A stretch of DNA of 63,004 nt, the filler included, from Gonapodya sp. JEL0774 (lineage: Eukaryota): NCBI GenBank assembly GCA_027604505.1. It is 56 parts of 56 records of this genome, joined end to end, with 100 filler letters (N's around TTAATTAATTAA, not from the genome) between each part and the next. Parts side by side here need not be neighbours in the genome. Positions count along the whole stretch, not along the records: positions 23,771 to 24,799 come from JADIIX010004137.1; positions 24,900 to 25,928 come from JADIIX010004138.1; positions 26,029 to 27,056 come from JADIIX010004139.1; positions 27,157 to 28,183 come from JADIIX010004140.1; positions 28,284 to 29,310 come from JADIIX010004141.1; positions 29,411 to 30,437 come from JADIIX010004142.1; positions 30,538 to 31,564 come from JADIIX010004143.1; positions 31,665 to 32,690 come from JADIIX010004144.1; 48 more parts are not named here. The stretch is one strand, 5' to 3'. The notes under the pieces were generated by a model. That model worked only from the letters and a program-made list of their open reading frames with translations, searched no databases and was not told where the DNA came from. Positions 23,771-36,068 of the stretch are shown piece after piece. A program made the translations under genes and the position numbers. The first letter of the stretch is position 1. Every line of letters begins with the position of its first letter.

Positions 23771-24426
23771 TGGTGGGCATCGGAAGCGGGGTCCCCAGTG
23801 AGGACGCAGACATCCGACTGGGAGATGTCGTCGTTAGTATGCCTTTTTGGAACGCACGGTGGTGTTTTTCAGTTTGACAGCGGTCAGTTGACTTCGAGTG
23901 GGTTCCATAGAACTGGACACCTCGACAGCCCGCCACGGATGCTGCTCAGTGCGGTCACCCACCTTCGGTCCAGCCAACTCGTGGGAGAAAACAGCCTTGC
24001 AGATCATATCGCCAAGCTGACTCGTCTCCGAGCGTTCTCTGGCGCTGCGACGGGGAAAGATATACTATTTGATGCGACATGCAACCACGCCCCTTACCTA
24101 CGCAGCGACCGTGCCAACAGGTTTTGCGATCACCTCGACAAGACGAAGAGCCGGTCGTTCACTACGGTACCATCGCTTCGGGCAGCCGCGTGATGGGTGA
24201 CGCGGCACAACGAGATGCAACGAGCAAGGAGCTTGGCGCGGTTCTGTGCTTCGAGACGGAGGCGGGGCTGATGTCCAACTTCCCCTGCCTCGTGATTCGG
24301 GGTATCTGCGACTACGCGGACTCGCACAAGAATATAAAGTGGCAACGGTACGCTGCGGCAACCGCGGCAGCTTGCGCCAAAGAGATGTTGTCTGTGATAC
24401 AACCGGAAGCTCGCAGGATTGGCTGA
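23771..24426 (+). pseudogene. PNP_UDP_1 (Pfs-type nucleoside phosphorylase) NLR-effector domain, frameshifted
   Basis: VGIGSGVP..DIRLGDVVVS / GTHGGVFQFD..TGHLDSPP / VHYGTIASG...[23 protein letters not shown] in shifting frames; +1 shift in T5 run 23844-23848, second shift near 24085-24125. Confidence 0.88.
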
Positions 24427-24899
24427 AGCTCCACTCTCCGTTCTAAAACCATGCAAATCAGTGGGGAAGAGATGTGTCTTTCAAGTTCGTTTGAGTCTTT
24501 AAGTAAAGAGTATCCCTATGTGAATGTACAAATACCAGAGTGTTCTTTCTATTGACAAAAACTCAAAGGTCAAATGTGGAAAAAATTATTATTTGATGTT
24601 GCCAGAGCTGAAGGTAGGCCGACCTTCTGCCGTTCTGTGTGGCACCCATTCCTCAAAAACGATCTCCGAGACGGCCAATTTGGAGATTCCTAGGCAGAAT
24701 CCCAGGGAAAACCTCTTTCCATACCTCAAAAGAACTGAATTGAATGTCGGACGGGCGTGCAGGAGGTGATCCCTGAACACAGTGTTTCTCCGGATCACAN
24801 NNNNNNNNNNNNNNNNNNNNNNNNNNNNNNNNNNNNNNNNNNNTTAATTAATTAANNNNNNNNNNNNNNNNNNNNNNNNNNNNNNNNNNNNNNNNNNNN

Positions 24900-25928
24900 G
24901 TGTCAGACATCGCTGCCCACTCCACCCACTCCGGGTGAGTCCCTTTTGAAAGCATTCAAATCCAGGAGCGTTTCCGGGTTCTCAAATTGCTTCGTTGTCA
25001 GTGCCTCCGCCCCCATCCACTCGTAAGCGTTTGGCACATATTTGGCTTCTGGTGAACCGTCGAAGTCATTTCGATCGAAACGTTTTGCTTGTAGCCCCAC
25101 CTCCTCCCCCACCTCCTCCACCACCCTCACCTCCACCGCCACCTCCAAGCGTGCCACCACCTCCTCCAACGCCACCTTGTACGTTTTGACAAGTTCTGTA
25201 CCTGGTCGAGTGATAGCTGCATTGTTTACGAAGTTCTCCCTCTCAATGACGATGTTGTGTTTGCATTCAGCTCCACCACCGCTTCCACCGCCACCGTCTC
25301 CTCCCGTCACCAGCGCACCTCCACAGGCAGTGCCGAGCCCAGCTCCTGTGCCGCGTAGGTGATAGTTGATGTGACAGAAAACGAAATTAGTGCGCTAACC
25401 GAGGGAATGGCTCCCGCTCGATCTCCTTGCATTGATCTGTCAGCCCCGTCCTCTCCACGTGAGTGTGAGAGTTTGTGAGTTCACCTTAGTGCGAGTTTTC
25501 ACGTATATCTTACAGCTCCCGAAGCGACTTCTGATGCTTTCGTTCTGTCTTCAACCTCAATTTCCTCAACTGGCAAGTGTCACAATTTTAGAGTTTGTCA
25601 CGACATTGCGTAATAGTTTATTGCCTCTCAGCTACATACACCGCCGCTGCCAACATAAAATCCGTGTCGACTGACACCCGCTCGGTCACCTCACAGGTTT
25701 CCGTTCCTTCAAACACGATCAGCACCACATCTACGAGCGCCCAAGCATCGTTCCAGACAGAAGGTCTTGGCCTCGGTGCGTCTCCGCCCCCACCACCATC
25801 AGATGGTGGGACTCCAAATTTGGGATTGATTGTCGGGGGAACCGTAGGAGCTGTTGTGGCTGTGACGGTCATCGCGGGTATAGCTTATGTTGCGACAAAG
25901 GCATCAACGTCAGTTCTGGCCACTCTTG
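24900..25928 (+). CDS. Pro/Ser/Thr-rich single-pass membrane protein with micro-exons
   Basis: Introns 24935-25001, 25023-25094, 25179-25270, 25355-25443, 25459-25515 and 25573-25631 give one open frame ending in TM LGLIVGGTVGAVVAVTVIAGIAYVA. Confidence 0.8.
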
Positions 25929-27156
25929 NNNNNNNNNNNNNNNNNNNNNNNNNNNNNNNNNNNNNNNNNNNNTTAATTAATTAANNNNNNNNNNNNNNNN
26001 NNNNNNNNNNNNNNNNNNNNNNNNNNNNTGGTTTCCTCCGATGACACAAACGATTTTACAGTTTTAATGGTCATCAATGTTGTAGTACTACGCGTCTTCC
26101 AGAAGCGTATAATCTGAGCTCAGAGTGCGAGATGTTTGACTCTGTCTGCGACTTCCAGAAAGCATTTCAACTGATGCAGAAACATAACTGCGAAATGTTT
26201 CAAAATTCCAAGGTAAATGCCGTTGCACGACTCACACCAGCATTACAGCGCAAGCGCACACCATTCACGCACGTTCCTGGACCCGCCACGAAATCGGATC
26301 CACACTGTCCGAGAGGTGGCGCCAGCGAGGCTCTACTGCAAGTTCCGATTCAAACGTTGACTCACACCAAATCGAAGTTCCAGCCCGACTCCTGGACACC
26401 ATACGAAATCTATTCCACTATATGAGAGGATTCCGTAACAACGCGCGGAATCTACTGCAAGTTCCAATATAATCGCTGACTCAATCACACAAAATCAAAG
26501 TTCAGTTCGATGCAGAACTAGCAGCGCACTGGGCTGATCACGATCACATAATGATATCTGCTCGTGAAGCGGGTTGTTGTCCACATCGGGGCCTTGTTAT
26601 GCACGCTGGGTTGGAGCCCTACGCGCCAATTTAGAGTGTGGAGAGGGAAACAGTGCAACCCTCAGCGGCTACTTCCGTCAGCGCGGAATTCCCACCGTTT
26701 ACTTGAAATTTCGATCGTTTACGTCCTCTTTCAAGAAATAGAGTTCCGAATTGCTGCCACCGTCATCGATACGAGAACTCGAGTGATGATCTTGTTTCAT
26801 CAATGATACGAATTACGACAAAAAGAGTGCATCGGTCGATACCTGATGCTGGATCTGTGGTAAACGCTCCATTGCCCACAGCTGAGACGGTTCGGCTTCC
26901 AAGCAAATGAAAATCGACTCAACGACAAATTATAAGGCTATCTGACGGAGCGGTGTCGCTCAATCATCGAAAATAAGTAGCAAGCGAAGAAAAAGAGTGA
27001 AACGAGACCGCAGGTCCGATGTGGACAATGACTTAAGCAATGGAAGCCGTTCAACANNNNNNNNNNNNNNNNNNNNNNNNNNNNNNNNNNNNNNNNNNNN
27101 TTAATTAATTAANNNNNNNNNNNNNNNNNNNNNNNNNNNNNNNNNNNNNNNNNNNN

Positions 27157-28183
27157 AATCCCATAAGAGCATAAATAATAATGTTAATGGCGAGTTTTTC
27201 TCTCCATGCCTATCCAGTGATGGGGTTGTGGTGAAAAACGATTGGTAAAGAACCTCAGAACATAATGGTAATGCGCCTACCTGACGAGTTTCTTTGTTCC
27301 TCATTTTCCCACAATTTGTCAAGCAAATGTCAGGAATGTACCAAGTGAGACACGTAGTGATGCACATCCACTCCTTCCTTGAGCGCGACAACGGCTTGGC
27401 CTTGACCTTCTTTTTGCCACCCCCCTTCTTGCCGCCTTTCTTTCGTTGTCCCTTCTCTGGATCTCCGGTTTTTTCTGTACCAGCCGTAGACTTTTCGTCG
27501 TCGATAAGGTTCGATGCCGATCCCATTTCAGAGGCTGCGATTCCGTAACTCTGACTACCCGCCATATCGTCCATTTCCAAACCACCGCTCCCAGTTGCTG
27601 CACCAACGCCCGGTATTCCCTCATCCATACCTGCACGGTTTTCAGCCGCAGCTTCGGCTCTCCGCAACGCATCCACGCCCGAGGGCGACGCTGGTGTCGT
27701 AAAAGGCAAGAACACGCGTTTGAATTCAGGAGGAGCGCCAAAATCAAGTAGTGCCTCCAAGTTTCGCCAGATTGTCTCCGTGAGAAACATGCGCTCACGA
27801 CCGACATATGCATGCTCCTGGCTCCACCCTTGGAATCCGACCACTTCCGTACACCGCCGTCGAAGCTCTTCGAGCGAGCCATGAATGGCTTCGGTCTCGA
27901 CATCGTAAGTCGGAAACTGCTCGGGGAAGAGGACGGACTTGTAGCGATTTAAGAAAAAGTTGAACCCGCACCTGGACGTCCCATGGCGATTGTGTAAATG
28001 TCAGTGACAGTCGTGAGGGCTTTATGTCAAGGATGTAGATACACACCGGATTGGATAGTCCGTCTGCAAAGCTCTGGAGATGCGTACGAGCGACATCGCT
28101 TGAATCTGTTGCTTGCACCTCGCCTCATCCGTCGCAAGTGCCCTCTTGTCTGAGTTCGGATTCAAGCAGAAGGCATACCAACA
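27157..28183 (-). CDS. Chitin synthase, class V/VII-like (myosin-motor type), internal fragment
   Basis: VGRERMFLTETIWRNLE (motor-domain end) then SRSRKEWMCITTCLTWYIPDICLTNCGKMRNKETRQ|AWREKLAINII. Confidence 0.9.
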
Positions 28184-28283
28184 NNNNNNNNNNNNNNNNN
28201 NNNNNNNNNNNNNNNNNNNNNNNNNNNTTAATTAATTAANNNNNNNNNNNNNNNNNNNNNNNNNNNNNNNNNNNNNNNNNNNN

Positions 28284-29310
28284 CATCAGTTTCATGAATG
28301 GCGTTGGTGGCTATGCTGGTTGGCGGTGGATATTCATACGTAAGTCTGACTTATTCTTGGCATCATCTTTGTTTTTGTTTCGGAACTGACTGTTTGTTGG
28401 TGGGCTTAGTGGAAGGGGTTCCCTCAATTGTCTGCGGGGTTCTCACGTGGTGGATTCTTCCTGGTGTGAGCCAAATACTCCTATAAATTTCAAATCATAC
28501 TTTTTTAATACTTCCTGGTTTTTTGTCGTCGTAGTTTCCACACACTGTCTCTTGGCTTACCGATACGGAGAAGGAGTGGATCGAACACAGGAGGGGCGCC
28601 AACGCACCGTCTGCCCTCGACAAGGACTTTGACAAGGACGAATTCGTCAGGACTATGACGGATCCCCATGCATGGATGATGGCAGTTCTGGTAAGTTGAC
28701 AGAAGAACTTCATCGTTTTTGGCGGAGAACCGAAGTAGTGACTTTTCTTCTCTGATTCACCAATATACTGTCTCTCAGTACTTTGTCTGTAACCTTTCCG
28801 GCTACGCATGGGTCTACTGGTTACCGACGATCGTCCGGAACATGGGATTTACAGTACGAGGTTGCTGTTTCATTGCGAGTGTGCGGGTTACATTGACACA
28901 AACGCCACAACTTTTTACGTACACAGTCAACAACGGCAACTTTGATGACAGTCCCACCATATCTAGTCGCCTGGGTCGTAGCGCTTGCGGTAACATGGAG
29001 TGAGTGTTTCCAGCGAAAAGTTCACGAGGGTGATCGAATTTATGTTGCAATCACCGCAGACTCCGACCGTCTCCAAGAACGTGTAAAGCACATGATTGGC
29101 ATTTGCACATTGCTGCTCATCGCATTGATCATGTTCTGCACCGTTGACCCGGCCCAGCCTGGAGGCCCTGGACTGGTGAGTTCTCGTGAAGCACCATGGT
29201 TCGCCTGTTAACGTATGTTCGATCTGATGAGTCACTGTGATCAGCTTTACTTTTCAAGTTTTCTTGCAAGCTGTGGCGTATTCCCTTTCATTCCGTTGGT
29301 CTGGGCTTGG
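28284..29310 (+). CDS. MFS transporter (anion:cation symporter, Dal5/Tna1-like)
   Basis: MNGVGGYAGWRWIFI|EGVPSI, WLPTIVRNMGF, LMTVPPY, SDRLQER; several introns. Confidence 0.92.
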
Positions 29311-29410
29311 NNNNNNNNNNNNNNNNNNNNNNNNNNNNNNNNNNNNNNNNNNNNTTAATTAATTAANNNNNNNNNNNNNNNNNNNNNNNNNNNNNNNNNN
29401 NNNNNNNNNN

Positions 29411-29702
29411 ACAGAGTGGGCATCTTTTGAACCCCCTTTGGACTACCGCGGAGGGGCCAACGATGGTACCGAGGACATCCACGTTGCGTTCGTGGTGCGA
29501 GCTGCCGGCGAAGAACTCTCTAATTCGTGTGCAGCGGCGATTCATAGCTGGCTGAAGATTATGATGACGTTTGGTGACTGGGGTAAGTTCTCAGGAATGG
29601 TGTGCTCCTTGGGAACGGTGCGGAAATGATTCAATGCCTGTTTCAGCAAAAGCGCGCTCTTCTCCGGGTTTCAGGGCCGAGAGGAAGATCCCAAGATATT
29701 AG
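29411..29702 (+). CDS. Hypothetical protein C-terminus, paralog A of a convergent pair
   Basis: WASFEPPLDYRGGANDG...MTFGDW|AKARSSPGFRAERKIPRY*; intron 29583-29646. Confidence 0.7.
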
Positions 29703-30145
29703 AACTTGATGGCGGTTCTGCTCGTTTCACAGACAGGTCACCTCCTCGTATTCGTCTTTATTGTATTCGACGCATGTAATATTATTGCCACTCTACTTAC
29801 TTACCGTAGCTCATATGTTCTTGAGATACCCACGCCGCGACCGGGCAATTTTTTGCGTGGTTGAGGCCTAATAGTTGTTCGAAAGTCATTCGTTCAATTT
29901 GCTCGACAAACATCAATGGCATTCTAAGGATCACAATTACGCATTCCCATACATAAACTTAGCATTACCACTTATCAAACGGGCGCAATAACAAGTACAC
30001 TGACAGGCATGCTCAAACTAACGAGCAGCGTCTACAGGCAAGTAAGGCAAATCACACATCCCTCACACCCTTCATGTGGGCTGAGAGTTACACATTTGGA
30101 CTCAATCGCATCCATTAACTCCAAATTATCTCGACTCGCAAGTAA

Positions 30146-30437
30146 TCATCGTCCCCGTGAGATACGGGAACGGGTCTGTTTCGTACCGTTTTTCGCTTGT
30201 ACTGTACATCCGTCGGGAGGACAAGTGTGAGTAAGAGGTTGGTCGCTCATGAAGAGACACCATTGTAAACCTACCCCACTCTCCCACTGTCATGTTTGCC
30301 TTGATCCACAACTCCACATGTGTCCTACATTCCTCAGTGAGATCCTCCCGCATGTCCTTGACGATATACGCGACATGATAGTCCATTCTCCCATCCGAAG
30401 CCCCACGGTAGTCCGGAGGCGGTTCGATACATGCCCA
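30146..30437 (-). CDS. Hypothetical protein C-terminus, paralog B of a convergent pair
   Basis: WACIEPPPDYRGASDG...MTVGEW|VQAKNGTKQTRSRISRGR*; intron 30274-30202. Confidence 0.7.
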
Positions 30438-33400
30438 NNNNNNNNNNNNNNNNNNNNNNNNNNNNNNNNNNNNNNNNNNNNTTAATTAATTAANNNNNNN
30501 NNNNNNNNNNNNNNNNNNNNNNNNNNNNNNNNNNNNNCAACAACGCTCAATCTCATTATCCACGCCAATCCTGTCACGATCAGTGTTGGTGTGAGGTGTT
30601 CTGATTGCAAAACGCGGATGGACGTGGGGAACTCCTGGAATCAAGGTGATGAGGCGGCGAAAAGATGTATGTCGTCTTCCCTCGTATTTCACATGAACTT
30701 CACACATGTTTCTCCATAGCCTGTCTGTTCATTCCTCGAACCCTGCCCCGTGCTATTCGTCCCCCCGGCGTCGCGGATCCTTCCAGCAATCCCATGTGCG
30801 TGGCTCTCGCCCCTCCCCATTCAGCATTATCGCATAACATCTCCCTCGGTAAGGCCCTTGCCATTGGTCGCAGCCGATATATGTTTCCTTACACCCTGCC
30901 TTCCGCCCCTTTTCAGCCTGCTCGACACGCATTCCCACCGCTCCCACTTTCCTTGCGCCTTTCGCAAATTCTCCTGCGTTGCAGCGACTCTGCCAATCAA
31001 GAAGGTGAGTTGAAACTCTCTCACTACTGCTTCCAACCGTGATACATGATCCGTCTTCCCGTCCCCACCACTCGATTACAATATGCGAGCCCTCAAATAG
31101 CTTATGTCTCTACCAAACGTCACTTCATCTCAGATATGTGGGTGGCTACTAAGTCGAGGAGGTCGCGTTGGTGGACCTTAACACTGTTCGGTCAAGAGTG
31201 AAGGTGAGTGCGCGTGTCACCGGAGCCGTTACTTGCATGAGCGTCCAATTCTGTTTGAATTTTTGGAATCCGAAGTACCCTTTGATGATCTTGGTCGAGG
31301 TCGCTCGGTGTTGATCACGGTACGCGAATGCAACGCGGGGTAGGAATGACACGATCAGTTCAGGTGAGTGGGCATCCACGTATGGGGGACAAACATCGGA
31401 TCAAAGGTGGCAGGAATATAGGTATGTTGCTCATGTTCTCAACTTTGTATGTTCCCCTCACCTGTTTCACTCCTCGCTTCTTTGCCTCACTCCTTGCTCC
31501 AACTTACCCTTACTCCACCTTCCCTCCCCCGTCGTTTTCGAACATTCTCTTTTCAAATCCCCGGNNNNNNNNNNNNNNNNNNNNNNNNNNNNNNNNNNNN
31601 NNNNNNNNTTAATTAATTAANNNNNNNNNNNNNNNNNNNNNNNNNNNNNNNNNNNNNNNNNNNNGTCTATTGAGTTCGCCCAAGTCAGGACGGGTGAGAC
31701 CACAGTCGAGTTGGCTTGAGCACTTGATTGTTGGGATGGAGACAAGTGGGGTGGAGGGCGTGGACGTGGGAGGAGGTGACGGGGTAGAGGTCGTGGGAGT
31801 GGTGGGATCACGTGCATGGACTTGGACTGTGCATGGTGGATGGGAATATGCCAGTGTGTGTTTTGTGTTAGTGTCTGCTGGTGTCTGCTGTCTCTGTGTG
31901 TGTCGGTGTGTCCCTCACCTCTGTCCACTCCCACACTCTCTCCATCCCATCGTCCCCTCCCCCTCTCCAATCTCCCATTCCCTTCGTTGTCTTTGTATCA
32001 ATTCAACATTCCCATCACGTGTTGTCATCCCCAGTCACAGTTCATTTCCATAAGAAGTCACCAGCCAGGTCAGTTCACGTGTGTGGCTTCGTTCCAATCG
32101 CTTCCCTCAATCTCACCTCCAATCCTCGTCTTCTTTTTCCCCATCTTCCTTTCCTCTTTCTGTTCTCTTCTTTCGCGGTCCCGTCGTTCCCCTGTTCCCC
32201 TCTGGGTTGGTCGTGGGTCTGTGTGTTCAATCGGGAAAATGGCCTCATCCCTGCCTTCCCTGATTGCTCACACCAACGTGGCGTCCACACAACAACGGCC
32301 TCCAAACAATTCCCTGGCATCCCATCACCACAACAATGAATGTCTCCAACTATGCCTCTTTCGGTTTTCTTATTCTCACAATCGCCCTCTTCGCCTTCCC
32401 CCCGTCCATCGCACTCAATTTCCCTTCCCTCCCTTCCGTGGACCGCATTCCTTTCCCAATATGGAACTCACAACCCGCACGAACCCCAACCCATCAGATC
32501 ACCCAGCCCTGCCTATTTCGGTCTACCTGTGTCTCCTTGTCCCTTTGTTCATTTCACATAAAACGGGTTAAGTCGCTCGTGTCTGCCTCACTGCTCCAAT
32601 TCACTCGCTCTCGTCTCTGTGCTCGCGTTGATCGATATATCATCCAAATATGGAAAAAGTGATCTCTCTTCGTCGCTGGTCCCTTCCTAANNNNNNNNNN
32701 NNNNNNNNNNNNNNNNNNNNNNNNNNNNNNNNNNTTAATTAATTAANNNNNNNNNNNNNNNNNNNNNNNNNNNNNNNNNNNNNNNNNNNNTGGCTCTTGG
32801 ACTCTACTGGATCGGTGGAGAGTTCAGTGATCGTCCATCTGTGCTCTGTGACCGAGCAAGTGCCAGCCGAGCTGTGCAGCGCAGAAGCAGCGGGACGGGA
32901 GAGTGGACGAGTGAGAACCAGATTGACACGATGGCTTTATGTTTGTTGTCCTGCCTGTTTCACTTCACTTCAAACCGCCGCTCCCCAGCATCCTCGTCGA
33001 AATTTGTCCCCACTCGGGAGTAAACATTCCTCCCGGCCTTCCCGATGACCACCTTCCTCCTCGCTCCACTCACATCCACATCGCGCTATCACCGTCGCTT
33101 CCTACCATCGTTTCCTCCTGTTTGGTTCGAAAAACATTGAGGTACAGGATCTGAAAGGACAGGGCAACCGAACCTAGGTTCAGGTGAGGCAAAGTGGGCG
33201 ACAAAAAAGGATTTGTGGTCTGCGCACCACAGAGCTGGACTGTGCGGAAGCGCGCGCTGGCAGAAGCGGGGACGTTTCGTTGCGTGATGCCATATGCGGT
33301 GAGTTGAGCAACGGGGTGATTTCAGTGAACGCGTCCTCCGCTCCGCCTGAGGACGGACAGAGCGACGACACCAACAAGCTACTAGCGATTGCCCACTGTG

Positions 33401-33916
33401 TAATATTTTGCTGCCTTTTCCTACGGCGACAGTACCACTCGACCCCAGTTCCCCCGGCGATCCAGTCTTCCGTCTTCATCTTCTCTACTCGAAAGCCGAG
33501 CAGCGGTATGTATGAAATCCCCACGATTGCCTACTCGTAAGGGTTTACTCTTAGTTGTTTTTGCTTTCGCTGTCACCATATGCAGAGCACTTCGTTTTGT
33601 CAGTGGTCCGAGCCCTCCTCACCGCCACGCGCTGAGGGGGAGGGCGGAAGGCTGGTAAAGACGGAAGTTGGCAAGTTGTGTGTTGTGCGGTCCGCGGGGG
33701 CTGGAGCGCGTTGGAGGCGGGCGGGGCAAACGCGTGCGCAAAGACAAGTGCGTTGGGAGTGGAACCAACCCAGGGAGCAGGATAGCGGGCAAATTTATAT
33801 TATGTACGCAATACAANNNNNNNNNNNNNNNNNNNNNNNNNNNNNNNNNNNNNNNNNNNNTTAATTAATTAANNNNNNNNNNNNNNNNNNNNNNNNNNNN
33901 NNNNNNNNNNNNNNNN

Positions 33917-34942
33917 AAAACGGAAAGAGACACCACACGCACCCGCCATCAAAATAAACTATCTCTGGCTGTGTAAACAATTCAGTAAACCGCTGGCTCA
34001 CATCTGACGACAACATTAAACGCGGAATGTTCAGGCAAGTCCAAGAACGAAATATCATATCTCACCATTCGGAACAACTGCGTCCTTCTTCCCAATAAAG
34101 TGTAGAGTCTTAAAATCTTTCATTGTTTCTCGAAAATCGTCCAAGTCGTTGGTGAGGTCCGCCACCTCAGCTTCCGTTGCTCCCGCTTGCAGTTTCCCAC
34201 CACGGAGAATCATATCCACACCCCTGGCGGTGCCACAAAAGAATATGCCAAAGCGAGGAAGTGGTGTTGTTTCACTCCTACTGCGATGCGGCATCTCAAT
34301 TGCACTATTTCGCCGGTGCCGACTTTTAAACAACTCGTAGAGAGACATTGCTGCCATTCCACATCCCATTGAAAACCCAAAAACCCCATCAAACGGACCC
34401 AGCTGCACCAAGTCATCGTCGTGTACAGGAAAAGGCAGGGTAACAACCCCGCTTGCTGGATGAGCACTATGGTCGACAGTTGATCCATTACGCGTCGGCT
34501 TCAACACAGATGAAAACGTTCTAAGAGACTCCCGATACGTCGACATCACTCGATTTACAACTTCAGGGGAGGTGGATAATGGGTTAGGCTGGGGAAGATC
34601 CCACCAGCCAAAGAGATAAGGTTCATCTGGGCGAGAAGAGAGCGTGGTGTCGGTGATGTCCGCATCTGCGGAGCCACTGACAGCAGATGGAGGAGGAGCA
34701 GGTAGAGGAGATGTAAAAATATCCGCCGAAGCTGGGTGATGGGCCGTCAAATAGACTGTTCTGGACAGAAACAGTTAAGGAAAACATTTGGATCTGAAGG
34801 CACTCGGTATGGCAATAGAATGTACCAATCGCGCTACGCACTAAAGTCAACAAATCCTTTGGTAGTTTTCGCAATTGCTCCGATTTTATTCCTCAATCTG
34901 TTACAGTTAGTGGGGAGTTCATGGAGATTTCTCGGTCGAGAT
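33917..34942 (-). CDS. FSH1/OVCA2-family serine hydrolase fragment
   Basis: FGWW, GPFDGVFGFSMG (nucleophile elbow), TLHFIGKKDAVVP, YFDGG. Confidence 0.88.
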
Positions 34943-35042
34943 NNNNNNNNNNNNNNNNNNNNNNNNNNNNNNNNNNNNNNNNNNNNTTAATTAATTAANN
35001 NNNNNNNNNNNNNNNNNNNNNNNNNNNNNNNNNNNNNNNNNN

Positions 35043-35241
35043 CTCTTGGCAGGCTACAAGTGTCCTGCACGTGTTCAACTGGAAATGGAGCTTCCCAAGA
35101 CGGGCTCTGGGAAGGTGAGCCGATAAACTTTTCCTCTTGATCCCGTCAAACATCCAACAGCGTGCGGATTGGTGTTCTAAGATTCAGAAATTCATCCTTC
35201 GTGAAAGAGAATTCGCGCACCTCAAGAAAAAGATTAATTAA
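35043..35241 (+). CDS. Acyl-CoA synthetase (AMP-binding), C-terminus
   Basis: LAGYKCP...ELPKTGSGK|IQKFILRE...KKIN*; intron 35115-35181. Confidence 0.9.
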
Positions 35242-35320
35242 TCCGTTGTACTTAATCATCCTTCGTGAAAGAGAATTCGCGCAAGTCAAGAAAAAGATTA
35301 ATTAATCCGTTGTACTTAAT
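35192..35320 (+). repeat. 64-bp tandem duplication spanning the stop codon
   Basis: Copies start at 35192 and 35256 and differ at 2 nt (CACCTC vs CAAGTC). Confidence 0.95.
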
Positions 35321-35578
35321 GCCGCGAGCGCGACAGCACATTCAGAAATAAACTCGACGATATCATACTTTTTATTGTACCTTGCACGTGTTTTGTGTTT
35401 CGTGGCAGGAGTTCGGCTGTGGCCTTTCCACACGATCGTTCTTGGATGGGTTCTGCCCGTTGCGCAACCAGTTGCGTCGTTGGGATTCACCTTCAATGAC
35501 AAGGACCACCATCGATGCATAAAAGGGAATGGAATCTGCCTCCCGACTCTCTAACTTCGAATCACCTAAGTCGCGAGA

Positions 35579-36068
35579 ATGACCGGCAATAAGATTCTTG
35601 GTGAGTTGGAGGGTGAGACATGGTTTCATTTCATAATGTATGGATCTTGATCAGCAACGATTCCACGGACAAAGTGACGGGAGCAACTGGTACAATTGGG
35701 CGGCAGCTGCTAAAGATTCTCTCAGAACAGGTATGTGCGACAAGAGGCTGATCAAACTCGCGCTAGCAGATGATCGCCCCTTGTAACAAAGCTGTCACCA
35801 TTCAGGGTGCCAACGTTTCAGCGTTCGCTCGCAACCCAGAGAAACTTTCGGCAGCTGGAATTACTGGAGTTAGGTACATTGCCGGAGATTTGAACGATTC
35901 AGTTGCGTGGAAGAACGGTTAGTCCCATCGAACATTTCATGTAATTTCATGGACGAAGCCAACCTCTCCCGCAATCATAGCTGTGGCGGGTCATACTCAT
36001 TTGTTTCTACTAACGAACGATATCGTTAGGGAGCCCGAGCTGGTCGCTGATGCTATTGTGGCTTCGCC
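35579..36068 (+). CDS. NmrA-like NAD(P)-binding Rossmann-fold protein, 5' part
   Basis: MTGNKIL|VTGATGTIGRQLL..|GANVSAFARNPEK...GDL; three introns. Confidence 0.9.

Noticed and set aside
30538..33816. ORFs on three contigs with pyrimidine-rich, low-complexity sequence
   Set aside because: No recognisable domain or consistent exon chain; probably UTR or intergenic, left unannotated
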